Positions 26,845 through 38,878 of a stretch of 64,000 nt of DNA are shown here, piece by piece. The position numbers and the translations under genes were made by a program. Numbering within the stretch: the first letter of the stretch is position 1; each line of letters starts with the position of its first letter. The stretch lies in assembly GCA_010093815.1 (NCBI GenBank), contig ML996582.1; one strand, 5' to 3'. The stretch comes from Pseudovirgaria hyperparasitica (taxonomy: Eukaryota). The notes beneath the pieces were generated by a model. That model did not search any database and was not told where the DNA came from. It saw only the letters and a program-made list of their open reading frames with translations.

Positions 26845-29775
26845 ATGGCTCAACCCATTCGTCGCGCCAACAGTGGGACTTTCGTCGGCGCACCTTCGTT
26901 CTTAGCATCGATGAGGTGTGCTTCCTTCAAAGTCGACGAAGGATATTCAGAGGATACACGCAGCCAGAGCGAGAACGACATTCTTATGCGTTCCGACTCA
27001 AGACTGGAGGAAATGACAGAGGCTGACGGCCAAGTTCTTCCAGATTGGCTTCTTAGCATGAATGAGGCTGACCGGAGTGGTACGCTCGTTCCTTGACCTC
27101 CGCACACATGCTCATGTGCAACGCTGACGCGCATAGAATTCACGTATATGATTCTACGAACTCTACGAACCTCTTCGATTGCTTCGATTGTGGACCGACT
27201 CAATCCGCTCCTACATCTTGATCCTGTCCTGCATCTTCCCCCCGAAGTCACCTCCATCATATTCTCCTACCTTACTCCAGACACCCTGTTGAAGACCTCT
27301 GCGCTCTCCAAGTCGTGGCGAGGTCGTGCCCTGGACAGTCAATTGTGGAGATTGCTATTCAGGTTGGAAGGATGGACTGCCGATCCAGCAAAAATGCGAG
27401 CATTCGAGGATGAGGAACGGCTACGTCGCTCCGGGCTGCGAGATCGGAAGAGCCGCGTCAGATTCGCAGACAGAGGAACCGAGAGGTTCAGAAGCAAGAA
27501 ACGTGCGTACGACAGCGGCAAATCCCGCGACGGCCCAACACCAATGACGGTGGAAGAACCTGACATTACAATGGGCTGGGCCGAACAGCATGGCAAGGTA
27601 GAAGCCGATGAGAGCCTCAACAACAGTCCTGACCGCATGCAGGACGTCTCGTTCGAGAGCGACCATATTCCTATGCCGGCTGCTTCGACGCCTCTGGAGC
27701 CACCTGTGAAGCCCTCGTTACTACTAGATGATTCCAGTGACAATCCAAGGATCAACTGGCATTATCTCTACAAACAGAAGAGACGACTCGAAGACAATTG
27801 GAATGCAGGTCGATTTAAGAATTTCCAATTTCCGAACCCTGATTATCCGCAAGAGGCACATACTGAATGCGTCTACACGATCCAGTATTCCGGCAAGCAT
27901 CTGGTCAGCGGTAGCAGAGACAAATCTGTGCGGATTTGGAACATGGAAACACAACGCCTTACACGACCGCCACTTTTAGGGCATAGTGCCTCTGTGCTAT
28001 GCTTGCAGTTCGACGACAGTCCACAAGAAGATGTGGTCATTTCCGGAGGAAGCGACTGCCACATCATCGTCTGGCGGTTTTCTACAGGAAAGCTCCTCAA
28101 GAAGCTCTCACGCGCCCATTCCGAATCTGTTCTCAACCTCCGATTCGATGAGAATTACCTTATAAGTTGTTCAAAGGATAAATCGATCAAGGTCTGGAAC
28201 CGCAAGCAGCTCCTTCCTACGGATCCCTGCTATCCAATAGTAACCACGGCGGCGTCTGCTCATTTCCCACAGCATATCATCAGTATGGACCAAGTGCCAG
28301 ACTTGCAGCGCAATCATATTGAACCTCTGCCGGAGTATAGCTTGATAATGACCTTACAAGGACACACTGCAGCCGTCAATGCGATCCAGATATACGACAA
28401 GCAAATAGTGTCAGCTTCCGGCGACCGATCTGTCAAAGTTTGGGATGTGAGGACTGGCAAATGCTTAAAAACCTTTCAAGGTCATACCAAGGGCATAGCA
28501 TGCGTACAATTCGACGGACGTCGCATAGTCAGTGGATCGTCGGACGAGTCTGTCCGTATCTTTGATCAAAGTACAGGCGCTGAAGTGGCTTGCTTGAATG
28601 GTCACAAAAACCTCGTTCGCACAGTCCAGGCATCGTTTGGCGATTTTCCGGGAAATGAAGAAGAACTCGAGGCAGAAGCAAGAAAGGTAGACCGGGAATT
28701 TTTCGAAGCTCGAGACCGTGGAATGCTTGGAGAAGATAGTCTGTCCCGCGATCGTCGTCGTATGCGCAATGCAGGATCGAAAGATCCCAAAGATATCTTT
28801 GCGTACGGAGCCAAGCTGCCGCCGGGTGGAGGCGGTAGTCGATGGGCTAGAATCGTTTCTGGATCTTACGATGAGAGTGTGATAGTCTGGAAGAAAGATG
28901 CAGAGAGCGGCAATTGGGTGGTGAGCAAGATTCTACTCCAGAACGAGGCCGTCAGATCCGCTGGAGATCGACCGCGGAACAGACCAACTCAACAACATCA
29001 ACAAGCGCATAACCACCCGCATGGACAGACTGGGCAACAGAATCAGCAGCAGCAGCAGCAACAAGGCGGTGCACAAAACGCGGGCAATGCACACAATGCT
29101 GTCAACCAGCTTGTTGCAGTGCAAGCCAACTTCCAAGCCCTCGCCGCTCAAGCTCACGCTCAAGTTGCTCACGCGCAAATGCTCGCTCAGCAAGCGCAAG
29201 CACTTCATCAACAAGCAAACAATGCACAAGCTGCTCAGGCTGCTCAAGCTGCCGCGAGCAACAATCAAAATGCTCCGCATGGACTCGCCGCCACCAACGC
29301 GGCGCCCAATAATGCCACTAATCGCCCCACGGCTCACCAGAGTTCTACACAGCATGCGCCTGGTCAAGGTCAATCAAGTGGCCAACCGTCAAGCCAAGCT
29401 CAACACTCCCATAGTCAATCTCAGACTCAGGCTCAGGCAACCCAAAACCAGTCTCACAATGCTCCTGGGACTGCGAGTGCTGCAGCTAGTAATAATGCAC
29501 CCGCCAATGCACCAGCGCCTCAAGCCCAACCGCATCACCATCATCATAACCACAATCATGCCCACGGCCACGGTCATAATCACCACCACCACCATCATCA
29601 TCCGCTGGGACCGCTTGGCGTCCAACAGGGCACCAATTCACGCGTCTTCAAGTTGCAATTCGACGCTAGACGGATCATCTGCTGCTCGCAAGATCCCACA
29701 ATTGTCGGCTGGGACTTTGCAGATGGCGACGCGGACATTATCAGCGCAAGCCAATTCTTCGGCGAGCTACAGTGA
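26845..29775 (+). CDS. fwd-1: F-box/WD40 protein, beta-TrCP/FWD-1 type
   Basis: ATG 26845; intron 27080-27136 joins ORF 26845 to ORF 27148 in frame. F-box LPPEVTSIIFSYL; WD repeats (HTECVYTIQY..SGSRDKSVRIWN, GHSASVLCLQFD, GHTAAVNAIQ, GHTKGIACVQFD); terminal RVFKLQFDARRIICCSQD. Confidence 0.9.
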
Positions 29776-30247
29776 ATGTGGTTCAGTCTGTTGATATTTC
29801 ATCCGGGAGGTTTTTGTGAGATAAGGGCAGCACATACATTTTTATTCAGACATGAGGCATCGCATGTTGCATTTTCGCATTGGGTGGGAGAGAGTCTTTG
29901 GTATACTTTCATAGCACTTTTTATTTATCTATCACTATCATTATTACCAAGGCCTGTTAGCGCATCATTTTTATTATTATCATCATCATCATCACCGTCG
30001 TCATCATTATCATTATAGCAGCATTCATCGACGGGCTTAGTAATCAGTCAGCAGTCAGGTCAAACATTAAAGCGGACGGGAGGCATAGATCTTGTATGTA
30101 TTCATGTATACAGCCAGCCTTTTTTTCGGAACATGAATAATAAAAGCGCTTTTACCTACTTCATTTCGTTGCCATGTATCGTTCGTCCTCTGCGTTGCGC
30201 CCCTGACCTTATATCCATGGATGCATGTGCTAAGCTTCAGTGATACG

Positions 30248-30251
<4 letters not shown>

Positions 30252-30306
<55 letters not shown>
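30252..30306 (+). repeat. (CT)n microsatellite, about 27 units
   Basis: Read directly; lies at the boundary between the core and accessory blocks. Confidence 0.95.
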
Positions 30307-30310
<4 letters not shown>

Positions 30311-31138
30311 CTACCTGGGGTTTTCAGAATCGGCTGGGGAGCTTTTAGGGAGGATGGAGAGGAGGGATGTTGTTATTTATTTTTGGCGTTGACAATTGGG
30401 GATGGGATGAGGATGGCATGGCATGGCATTAGGATGGGATCTATAGGTACCCGTTTGTCCTCTTCGATGGATCGGGGGGCTTCCGCGAAGGTCGTACTAA
30501 TTGATGAATGATGAATGGATGGATAGATGAGTGGATGACGATGGGTACTTTCATTTCGGGTATAGAATCCATATGCGGATTTCTTATCGTTGATGATACT
30601 GTTTTTAGGGGATTTCGTTGCTTTTAGTGTATGTTTACGGGTGCGTCTCTGTAGTAAGTAGGGATTGGCGGGCTTTTCTTGAACGTCTCCTTTTTGGTCT
30701 TTGATGGCGCTTGTGGGGGTATTGGCTATTGTTTTTTTTGCTTCTTGAGCTTGAGCTTGACCTTGGCCTTGCCGTTGTGTTTGAATGACTTCTTAGCGCC
30801 TAGTAAGGTTGAAGGTTAGTAGATGTATGTGTAGATAGAAGATATAGATAGAGTAAGTTAGGGCCGGAGTTCTATCATCGGCGGTGTATTTCTATGTTAG
30901 GAGGTTCATAGGGGATGGTAGTGTCGAACGAGGTGTAACGGCGGAAAGGTAGGATGGGTATGTGGTTTGCTTGGGGTGTAATATGGTAGAACTTAGGTAC
31001 CCCGTGCCGTGTAGATGAGTTCAGCAGGCTGGACGGATGTAATACCAGAGCAATTCGGAGTGTGTATATCGGTATTATAGAGGGTAGAAGAGGGGAATGT
31101 GGTAGAATATACTGGGTTTATGGACTTTGTAATGTAGC

Positions 31139-31516
31139 GTGAACTTGGTCGAGAGTAAGCATAAGCGGCCAACCTTCGAGTACACCATCTCAGCAACGGA
31201 AGACTCCTTGGAAGTCACAAGTGACCTAGACGCCCATATTGCGTCGTTCCAGAACTTTCGACAAAAGGTCCACACCGCAAGAAGGGCACAGGGCCTGGAT
31301 AAAGTCATCACGACCGATCCTATCTTGAAGAAACCGACCATAAAGCAGGAGCTCAATGTGATTCGACCTGGACTAGCCAAAGAACGAGTCGTCATCTCGT
31401 CAGACGAAGAGGAAATCGACAGTGATTTTGCCACAGATCAGGCGCGCCACATGCCTGCGAGAACCTCCGCTGCTCCAAAAACGACCTTACGGTCGTTTCA
31501 GAGAAAGCCCATGTAG
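31139..31516 (+). CDS. Small orphan ORF or gene remnant
   Basis: 125 protein-like codons (ERVVISSDEEEIDSD) in a TpA-rich context; no clear ATG. Confidence 0.3.
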   Translation: MNLVESKHKRPTFEYTISATEDSLEVTSDLDAHIASFQNFRQKVHTARRAQGLDKVITTDPILKKPTIKQELNVIRPGLAKERVVISSDEEEIDSDFATDQARHMPARTSAAPKTTLRSFQRKPM

Positions 31517-31599
31517 GTAGATATAGAGTCTAGGTTCTCTAGAGGGTGTGCATGAATTTGGTAGTGTATAATAGAGCGGAAGGTAGGTGTTCTATGCTA

Positions 31600-32210
31600 T
31601 GTAGCTATGCCTTTCAGAGCTAAGCACGGTGAAACTACGATATAGTATACTATATGGATAAATTTATAGCTATTGTTATGGACATGAATCGTAAAGAGCC
31701 CGATCCTTTGATGCACAACTCCTTCTTGGACACTGTTGGTTATGCGACGTTCATGCAATCCTCTAGGACTAGTCTCGCGGAATTTGGTGTGGTTGGGATG
31801 AGGTGAAGGCTCCTGGAGCGGATACTCATTCCTGTTTTCCTCTGGTGGCAAATTTTCTTTGTTTCCCGATTCCGTGGCTCCTTCCTTTGGACTTCTTTGC
31901 AATTCGATACCCTTACGTGTCTTAACGATGGTGACGGTGACGAAACGTTACCTTGTCTGGTATTCTTTTATCCTTTCCGTTTGTCTCACCGTATTCATGA
32001 ACTCTTTGGCTGAATGTTTACGGAAGCGTCTTTTGTTCACTGAGTCGGGTATTGACGTCTTGGGATTCGGTTTCGGAGAACTGGTACGTTCGGACGTTGG
32101 TGTCTTTATGTTTAACTAGTGCTTGTCTTTCTTTCGAAGATGACTAGCTGGTGGTATGCTTTCAGCTACCAAGATGTTATGGATAATGAAGTTGTCATCT
32201 CTCTTGTGAA
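31600..32210 (-). pseudogene. Degenerate Lys/Arg/Pro-rich reading frame
   Basis: One frame runs from ~32208 into ORF 31597-31902, broken only by a TAG (~32118) and a TAA (~31950), each explainable as a RIP-type CAG>TAG or CAA>TAA change. Confidence 0.35.
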
Positions 32211-32339
32211 GTATTGATTGATTGATGTAACTACCTACGGATTCCAGCTATCTATGTGGAATCCGGTGTCCCTGGTTCCTTCCTGCTATCTCCATACTAT
32301 CCTTCCTGCTATCTCCATATCATGTGTCACTTCCGTGAC

Positions 32340-33070
32340 AGCTATAGAGGTTATTTGAATATAGATATCTTAGAGGTTATATTGAATGTTATTCTTTCAT
32401 ATAGACTAAGGGAGTATATATATATTTTAGAAGTTGTAGATAGATTCCTTACTTTAGAGTATAGCGAAACTTGGATATAATAGAGTTTATAGATGAATTT
32501 ATAACTATAGAGTATAGTAAAAGTTAGATCTTCTATAATAGAGAGATTAATTTACTATCTTATAGGCGGATAGAATTTTAATATATTATAACATATAGAG
32601 GAATTTCTTCTTCTTTAGTATAACGAAACTCGGAAATCTTATAATATATAGATTAATACCTTACTCTAGAGTATAGTATAACTTTCATTTCTTCGATTAG
32701 ATATATACATTTCATTCTCTATAGCATGATAAAACTCCTATATATGATAAGTTATAGATAAATATATAGAAGCATAATATAGAAGGAAACGTAGGTATCT
32801 TATCATAGTTGTATAATTTTCTTCTTTTACAACATAGCGAAATATACAGAGGTTATTATATGTACATGAATTTCTTCTTCTGGAGCTCGAAGGAACTTCG
32901 ATATCTTATGATATATAGATGAATCTAGTTGAGTTTAGTATAGGGAAACTTAGATACCTTATAGTAGATACAGGATTTTCTTCTTTTCGGGAATAAGAGA
33001 ATATCAAAAGATTACAATATATGGGTGATTTCTCCTCCTAAAGCTCGCCGAAACCTTGATATCGTACGGT
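32340..33070. repeat. Diverged 53-bp minisatellite, about 14 units, TpA-rich
   Basis: GAAAC-like cores recur at about 32466, 32519, 32625, 32678, 32731, 32786, 32839, 32892, 32945, 32998 and 33050. Approximate consensus GAAACTTAGATATCTTATAATATATAGATGAATTTCTTCTTCTAGAGTATAGC. Confidence 0.8.
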
Positions 33071-33341
33071 TTCAATTCATAAGATCGGTTCTGGAACGAC
33101 ATATATACACCTCGTAGATAAGCTGAAGTAATATCCAAGTGTAGTCCCTTCCTTCATGGACTTCGTGACTGGTCGAATGCTAGAAAAATAATTACATTAG
33201 AATTCACGCTCGATTCTGAAACGCTCCACTGGATACCAAATCCGTACTGTCTACAAGGATTAGCAATACCATGAACCAGTACATGTCGAAACACACATCC
33301 GACCCACCACAAGGCCACAGTCAAATATTGCTACACACAAT

Positions 33342-34320
33342 CTATGATACACCCCCCTCTCCCTCCTCACCATTCTGCTCCCGCTCCCCCTCTTCTTCTT
33401 TCTCCGCCTGGTCGGAGTAGTAGTCCGCCAGATCCAACGCATGAATCTCCGCCTCCGCATGCCACCGCTTCGCCACAGCCCGGAAATACCTTCTCCGCAG
33501 CTGCCGCTCCCGGCGCTGCATCTCGTCGTAGTTGCGCTGTCTCAGCATCGGCATCTGTTGCGTGTTGTGTCTGACGGCTACGCCACCGTCAGCTGGTTCG
33601 CTGGCTGCGTGCCGCATGATGCCGTGCTCTGTGGGGTGGAGTGTTAGTGTCCTGTTTGGTATGGAGGGGATGCGGTGTCCTTACCTCTGTCAGCAGCGTC
33701 GAGTGCTACTGGGCGGTCGCTGCCTGAGCGCGACTTTGGGCGCGGAACGGCAGGATCGTTAGCAGGATCTTCTATCCCGCGCAGTACCACGCCCTGGTAC
33801 TCTCCTTCTTCTCCAGGATCTTCATCATCACCGTCTTCTTCATCTTCTCCTTCCTCCAGCTCCGGCCCCTGCTCCGCACTCCTCAAACGGCCAAGCATCA
33901 CGCCCAGATCAAACGCCGTGAAGCCGTACACGTCCCTCCTCACCATGCCCTCGGGCCTACTATCAACGGCAATCCTAATCGCCTCGACAAAGTCCCGTTC
34001 GGACGTGAAGAACGTGGTCAGCTGGAACAGCCGGTCGATGACCGTGCGGGACCAGTTCTCGTAGGGGAGCAGGACGTCTGGGACGTTGTTGCTGGCCCGT
34101 GGGAGGCGGTTGTGGGTTGCTTTGCGGATGTGGAGTTCGGCGGGGATGACGTCTTGCATGGGTCGGTTGAAGATGGTGTCGAGGTATTGCTTTTTGATGG
34201 CGTGTGAGGGTTCGCCGAGGGGGAATGCGGCTGGTGGAGGCTGTGTTTTTCGGAGACGTGAGTTAGTTTGAAGTTTTGAGACTGTGGGTTTTGGGAGAAC
34301 GGGTGTGAGGGATGTACCAT
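33342..34320 (-). CDS. Orphan-family gene A: one helical domain, acidic linker, C-terminal helix
   Basis: ATG 34320-34318, intron 34317-34241 (GTACAT..CTAAC..CAG), exon 34240-33685, intron 33684-33629 (GTAAGG..CTAAC..CAG), last exon in frame with ORF 33342-33617. Confidence 0.75.
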
Positions 34321-37300
34321 TGTAAATATGGGAGGTGCGTGTGTGGGGTTCAGTTCGAAGATCTGAGTTATAGAAGAGAAATACGAGTATGCTGAGACGA
34401 TTTTGTCGCACAATATATAGCTTCAAGGATGATTTTACAAAGGCTTTTCTCTCTGTTGGATGTAGTGCTGTAGCGTAGTGGGTGGGTGTAGGCAGCTTAT
34501 AAGTAGGCAGCGGCAGTCCCAATTGGGTAACAGACGCGAACCTTTACGAGGAATTACAAAACTATATTAACGTCCGTTCTTATAACGACCCGGCTAAGAG
34601 GAACATCCAGAGGTAGGGCGCTAACCTTGTGGTAAACGCTCACAGTGTCTGGATACCTCTCAGGGGTACCATGGAAGCTGGACTTGGTAATATCCAGAAC
34701 TTCACGACTAGGAACAACGAGCCTTGTGCGTGTTAGTCTATATCTATTGCGCGGTAGGTGTGTATGGAACCTGTGTTTCCCTGTTTCTCAGGCGTTGGCT
34801 CCACGCGAATTAGAAACACGTCTAGCCCCTGAAAAAGGCGATTATCTCTCCATGGCTTTTCACAATGTAGGGAGTCAGTCATACGTGTTCTTAATATGGC
34901 ATTTGGAGGCTTTCTATGTTTGTTTGTGTTCCGCGGGCTTCGCTTCGGGACTTCTTTAAGGCCTGCACAGTGGTTATTGGATGCCGCTGCTAATGAGATG
35001 CTAACAATGATATCGATATTGCTACTCTATACCCTTGTCGTGACGCTCGGAACTATATGTTATTGTAGACATATACGTCACGTCGTGACGATTGGTCTTC
35101 TATCGAACGACTCCTTGTATAAGTGTTAGAGTGTAGCATCCTTGGACACGTTCCCCTTTCTGGTCTCCATGTTCACGCCTGGTAGGCTGGTACTTCACTA
35201 GTGCTGAAGCACCATGTACGTGGATTTCATAGGACAATTCCATCCTCGCGGAATCTGCTCCGCCTCGCTTGTACATCTACGTTCATTGTTTACTTCACTA
35301 GTGTATGGCACAGGTTGCGTATGACTCGGCGTATGGCTCGGCGTCTATGAAACTTACCCGTCGTGATAGTTAATGGCACCACTAGCGTCTATGAATGAAA
35401 CTAGTTACATTGAAAGTGTATATACATGAGTCACATTGTGAGATACATGGATACTATACAGAGTGTAGTCACCCATGGCATGATTGAAATCACACAGTGC
35501 CGTTACACCCACACTCATGACACCAATCGTCACTGAATGGATCTACCTGGCATAGTCGCTTTTGGGCCTGCTACGAATATGTGTATGTATATATATGATC
35601 CACTTCTTACCCACTCACACCTCCACAAAGCACACCATACTTCGCAACCCTACAAGAGTGCCGCGGTTCATGTCTGCTTTCCAGACACACCCATGCCTCT
35701 TGGGCTGTGTCGATGATCACACAAGAGATAGCAATGGAACTGTAGTTTCAGCTTATTCAATCTTTGCCAGGATGCTGTGTTCCTCGGTGGTTCGTGCTCT
35801 GACATGGTCAGAATCTTAATGGTGGCAGCGATGACGGCGATGGTGATGATCCGCAGCAGCAGTGGCGGGCTAAATAGTGAACGATGATGATGCAGCTGGG
35901 CAGCGAGGTGTGTTGGGGATGGGTATCAGTGCTTATGAGGCCTTGGGCACATGAGGGATGTGGAAGCCCCGTGGTCATTGACAGTTGTAGTGGCCAGATG
36001 GAACAGTAAGGTGTGTTCTGGTACGAGAAGAGTTACTAGAGTCCCTTATTTATATACACAGCTTAGCGCGGAACGGTGCCTCATGTGACCTTTCATCGCC
36101 GACCGGCACGAAACGCTTCCGGGTTGCTATTATCCCAGCAGGTGCTCAGCTGGTTCCTGACAGGATATACAGCTCTGTGAAGGGGGTTGATGGCTTTGTT
36201 AAAAGAGAACCTGGTAGACTTGGGCGGATTTCACTGTTTGATAAGGGGAAGACAAAGATTGGGCCACGCTGCGTAGTGTTGGATAGCTTGGTATAAGTTA
36301 GTTCTGGCCGGTGTTCGCCGTATGTTTACCTGGGCTTAACTATTTGGATATTATGTCCGAATACTGTAATCAATATATAAAGTTTTGGTCAGCTTGTCCA
36401 ATACGAGTGCACAGTGGATGAACTATTAAGTAGCAACTAATGTGCCGATAAACGTACAATTAACACCTCAAAACGCGATGATATACACTAACGGTTCGTA
36501 GATCGATCCTTGTATCATATTTGCTTTCAGGGCCCCTGATACTGTCAGTCAATCATAACAGCGCAGGGCTCCTTCGTCAATCACCACAAAGCTCAAACAT
36601 CCGGAGCAAGTGTTATACAAGGAGGTCCAGTATATCGTGAATCAGAAGTTAGACGGTAAAGTCGTGCCCGGTGACTGAAATTCTATCCTAATGTGTCATC
36701 TATGCAATTCGATGTCTGTGTTTCGAACATTCACTGACATGTCTTTCTCTCTATTCATAGTACAACCTTCACAATGGCGTACACAGAGGGTATGATCTAT
36801 CACGCGGAAAGATTCAAGCGCTGTGATCTATCTAAAAGTTGTGTTTCGACCTCTATGTCAGTGAGTCGCACCTGCACGATCTCATTGAATGCATATGGTG
36901 GTGCATACTATCGCGGTTGATCTCATTACGAATCTAATTTAGACCAGAGACGGGACTTCACTATCTGCTTATGACCATGAGTACGGTCCGCAATCTATGA
37001 GATACCTTAAATGCGAAAAAAACACTCATCCGCTAGTCATAGACGGGGGTGCACGTCAATCCGATATGACCACGGCACAATGCTAGATGAATGACTAGAT
37101 CGGAATCCACTCGCCAAAGGCAACTAGAACAGGAAAACTATACACACCGATACAAGGTAGAGTGACTGATAACGGAGGGATCAGCTTACGAATGGGTCAT
37201 CGCATATATATCCGCTTGTGAGTTTACACGTTCTTATGTTATGATTGGCTACTATATACTCATTTTGTCCTCCAACTAAGCCATAGATGATCCCCTGCAT

Positions 37301-38878
37301 CTTATCAAAGATTCCCGCACCGACGATGCTTGCTAGCTTAACAAGATCGAACGACCCGGTCGCCATACGAGAATCAGACGCCCGGCCTTGTGTCTGTCGC
37401 CCGACCGCTACGAAGCATATAATCGATAGAACTCCCCTCTGAAAAAAGCAATATAGTCCCAAAGATAGCCGACGGCCGAGCAGCTACTCAAGAAAGAACA
37501 ACAAACACATAGGCAAGAAGTCAGGATGCTACTATCTGCCGCCTCTTATACAGTATAGAACAACTCGAGCATGGAACAGCTTGATCAATGAGAGAAGTTA
37601 GGCCTACAAGGAGGCGATCTGGGGCTTAAGATATTGCATGTAAGCGTAGAACTATCAGGACACCTTCGTGAGGTGTGGTGTAGCTTGGGTCATCTTATTA
37701 GTACGCAGCTGACATAGGACTGCTTTCACAATGCCCAGGTCTGCAACCATGTCTCGAGCTAAGAGTCGTTTGACTATAATGACTGACTTCCATTCTTGCC
37801 ACATGGACGGCTTTGATATAGCTTTCAATTTGACCAAGGCGCTGCCCCTAGCTTGTGCCCGACCAGAGAGAAGTTCTTTCTAGCTCAATATCTTGTAGCA
37901 CTTTCTAGTCGAAGGTGCTCTAAGAGCGCGATCCATCTAATAATTTACCACTTACGCAGTGTCTAGTGCTGGCAGATTTGCTTACAACTCGGAGGGAACC
38001 ACAGCTGTTGTTACTTGAAGCGCTGGAAAGGACGTTGTCCATTCGTACACTCTGCTGTTTCTATCACGCTGACTGTGTAGGAAGTCACTACGTGGTAGAG
38101 TATTACTCTTATTCACTCGGACTTGTTTGCAGTGAATAAATAGAAAGAACATGTTAAGAGTGTTTTATAGCATTCTGTCTTTCTTGCACGTCCATCTCTG
38201 TTCAAGTCAAAACACCTACAATGAATTACGGCGTTGAATCGAATGATCGTTCAACCTCAACGGTGCGTGTTATGTGCATCTCTTACTCGTATCTATATCG
38301 GTCTCAAAGTGTTTCATGGTGTACGTCTCTGGGATTTATCTTCAATTTTCACCCCTGAAAACGCGCGGCGGCGATGCCGTTATATCCATACTAATAGTCA
38401 TAGCTTTTGAATCCATATAGAAGCTGTTTGTTGTAGCCCTAGACATAAAGGAAGGAGAATTTTGTACATTTTACAGAACGCTTTGCATCTGAAAATCGTA
38501 TTACCATAAGCCAAGGTCGGTCGAAACTAAGTGGTTCCATACAGAAACATAAGAGATATACCGGCACTCTCCTCGTGGTATCTGGTTGTCCATTTTGGAC
38601 ATCCCTAAGTAGCATTGCACTATGTGTCATGGGTGACTTCTCTGCAACTGTGAAACCGTACCGGATGAACCATGGACCGCACATCCGCGCCCCTTTATTC
38701 ACAATATTAGCGAGATCTAATCCCACCTTCGGCCCGAGGAATATTTCTTGTAAAACTTGGTAGCCTTCTACATACTCAGCCAGATCTATCTATATAAATA
38801 CTGTAGTACGTCCCAGCTCAACTTCGCCCGTTACATTCTAGCTTTGTATGCATTACACTCTAAACACCTTTGTATAGG

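Noticed and set aside
4..29794. Numerous antisense and alternate-frame ORFs in the ORF track overlapping core genes
   Set aside because: Shadow ORFs produced by GC-rich, skewed codon usage; no independent coding evidence.
32340..33070. 53-bp array as a CRISPR array or coding repeat
   Set aside because: Eukaryotic context, no constant-repeat/unique-spacer structure, period not a multiple of three, and stops in all frames.
35810..36060. TATA box plus a short Cys-containing ORF on the minus strand
   Set aside because: Under 60 codons with no recognisable motif or splice support.
36700..38760. Short ORFs and possible gene remnants (e.g. 37181-37462, 37655-37935)
   Set aside because: I could not assemble a consistent spliced model or recognise a domain.
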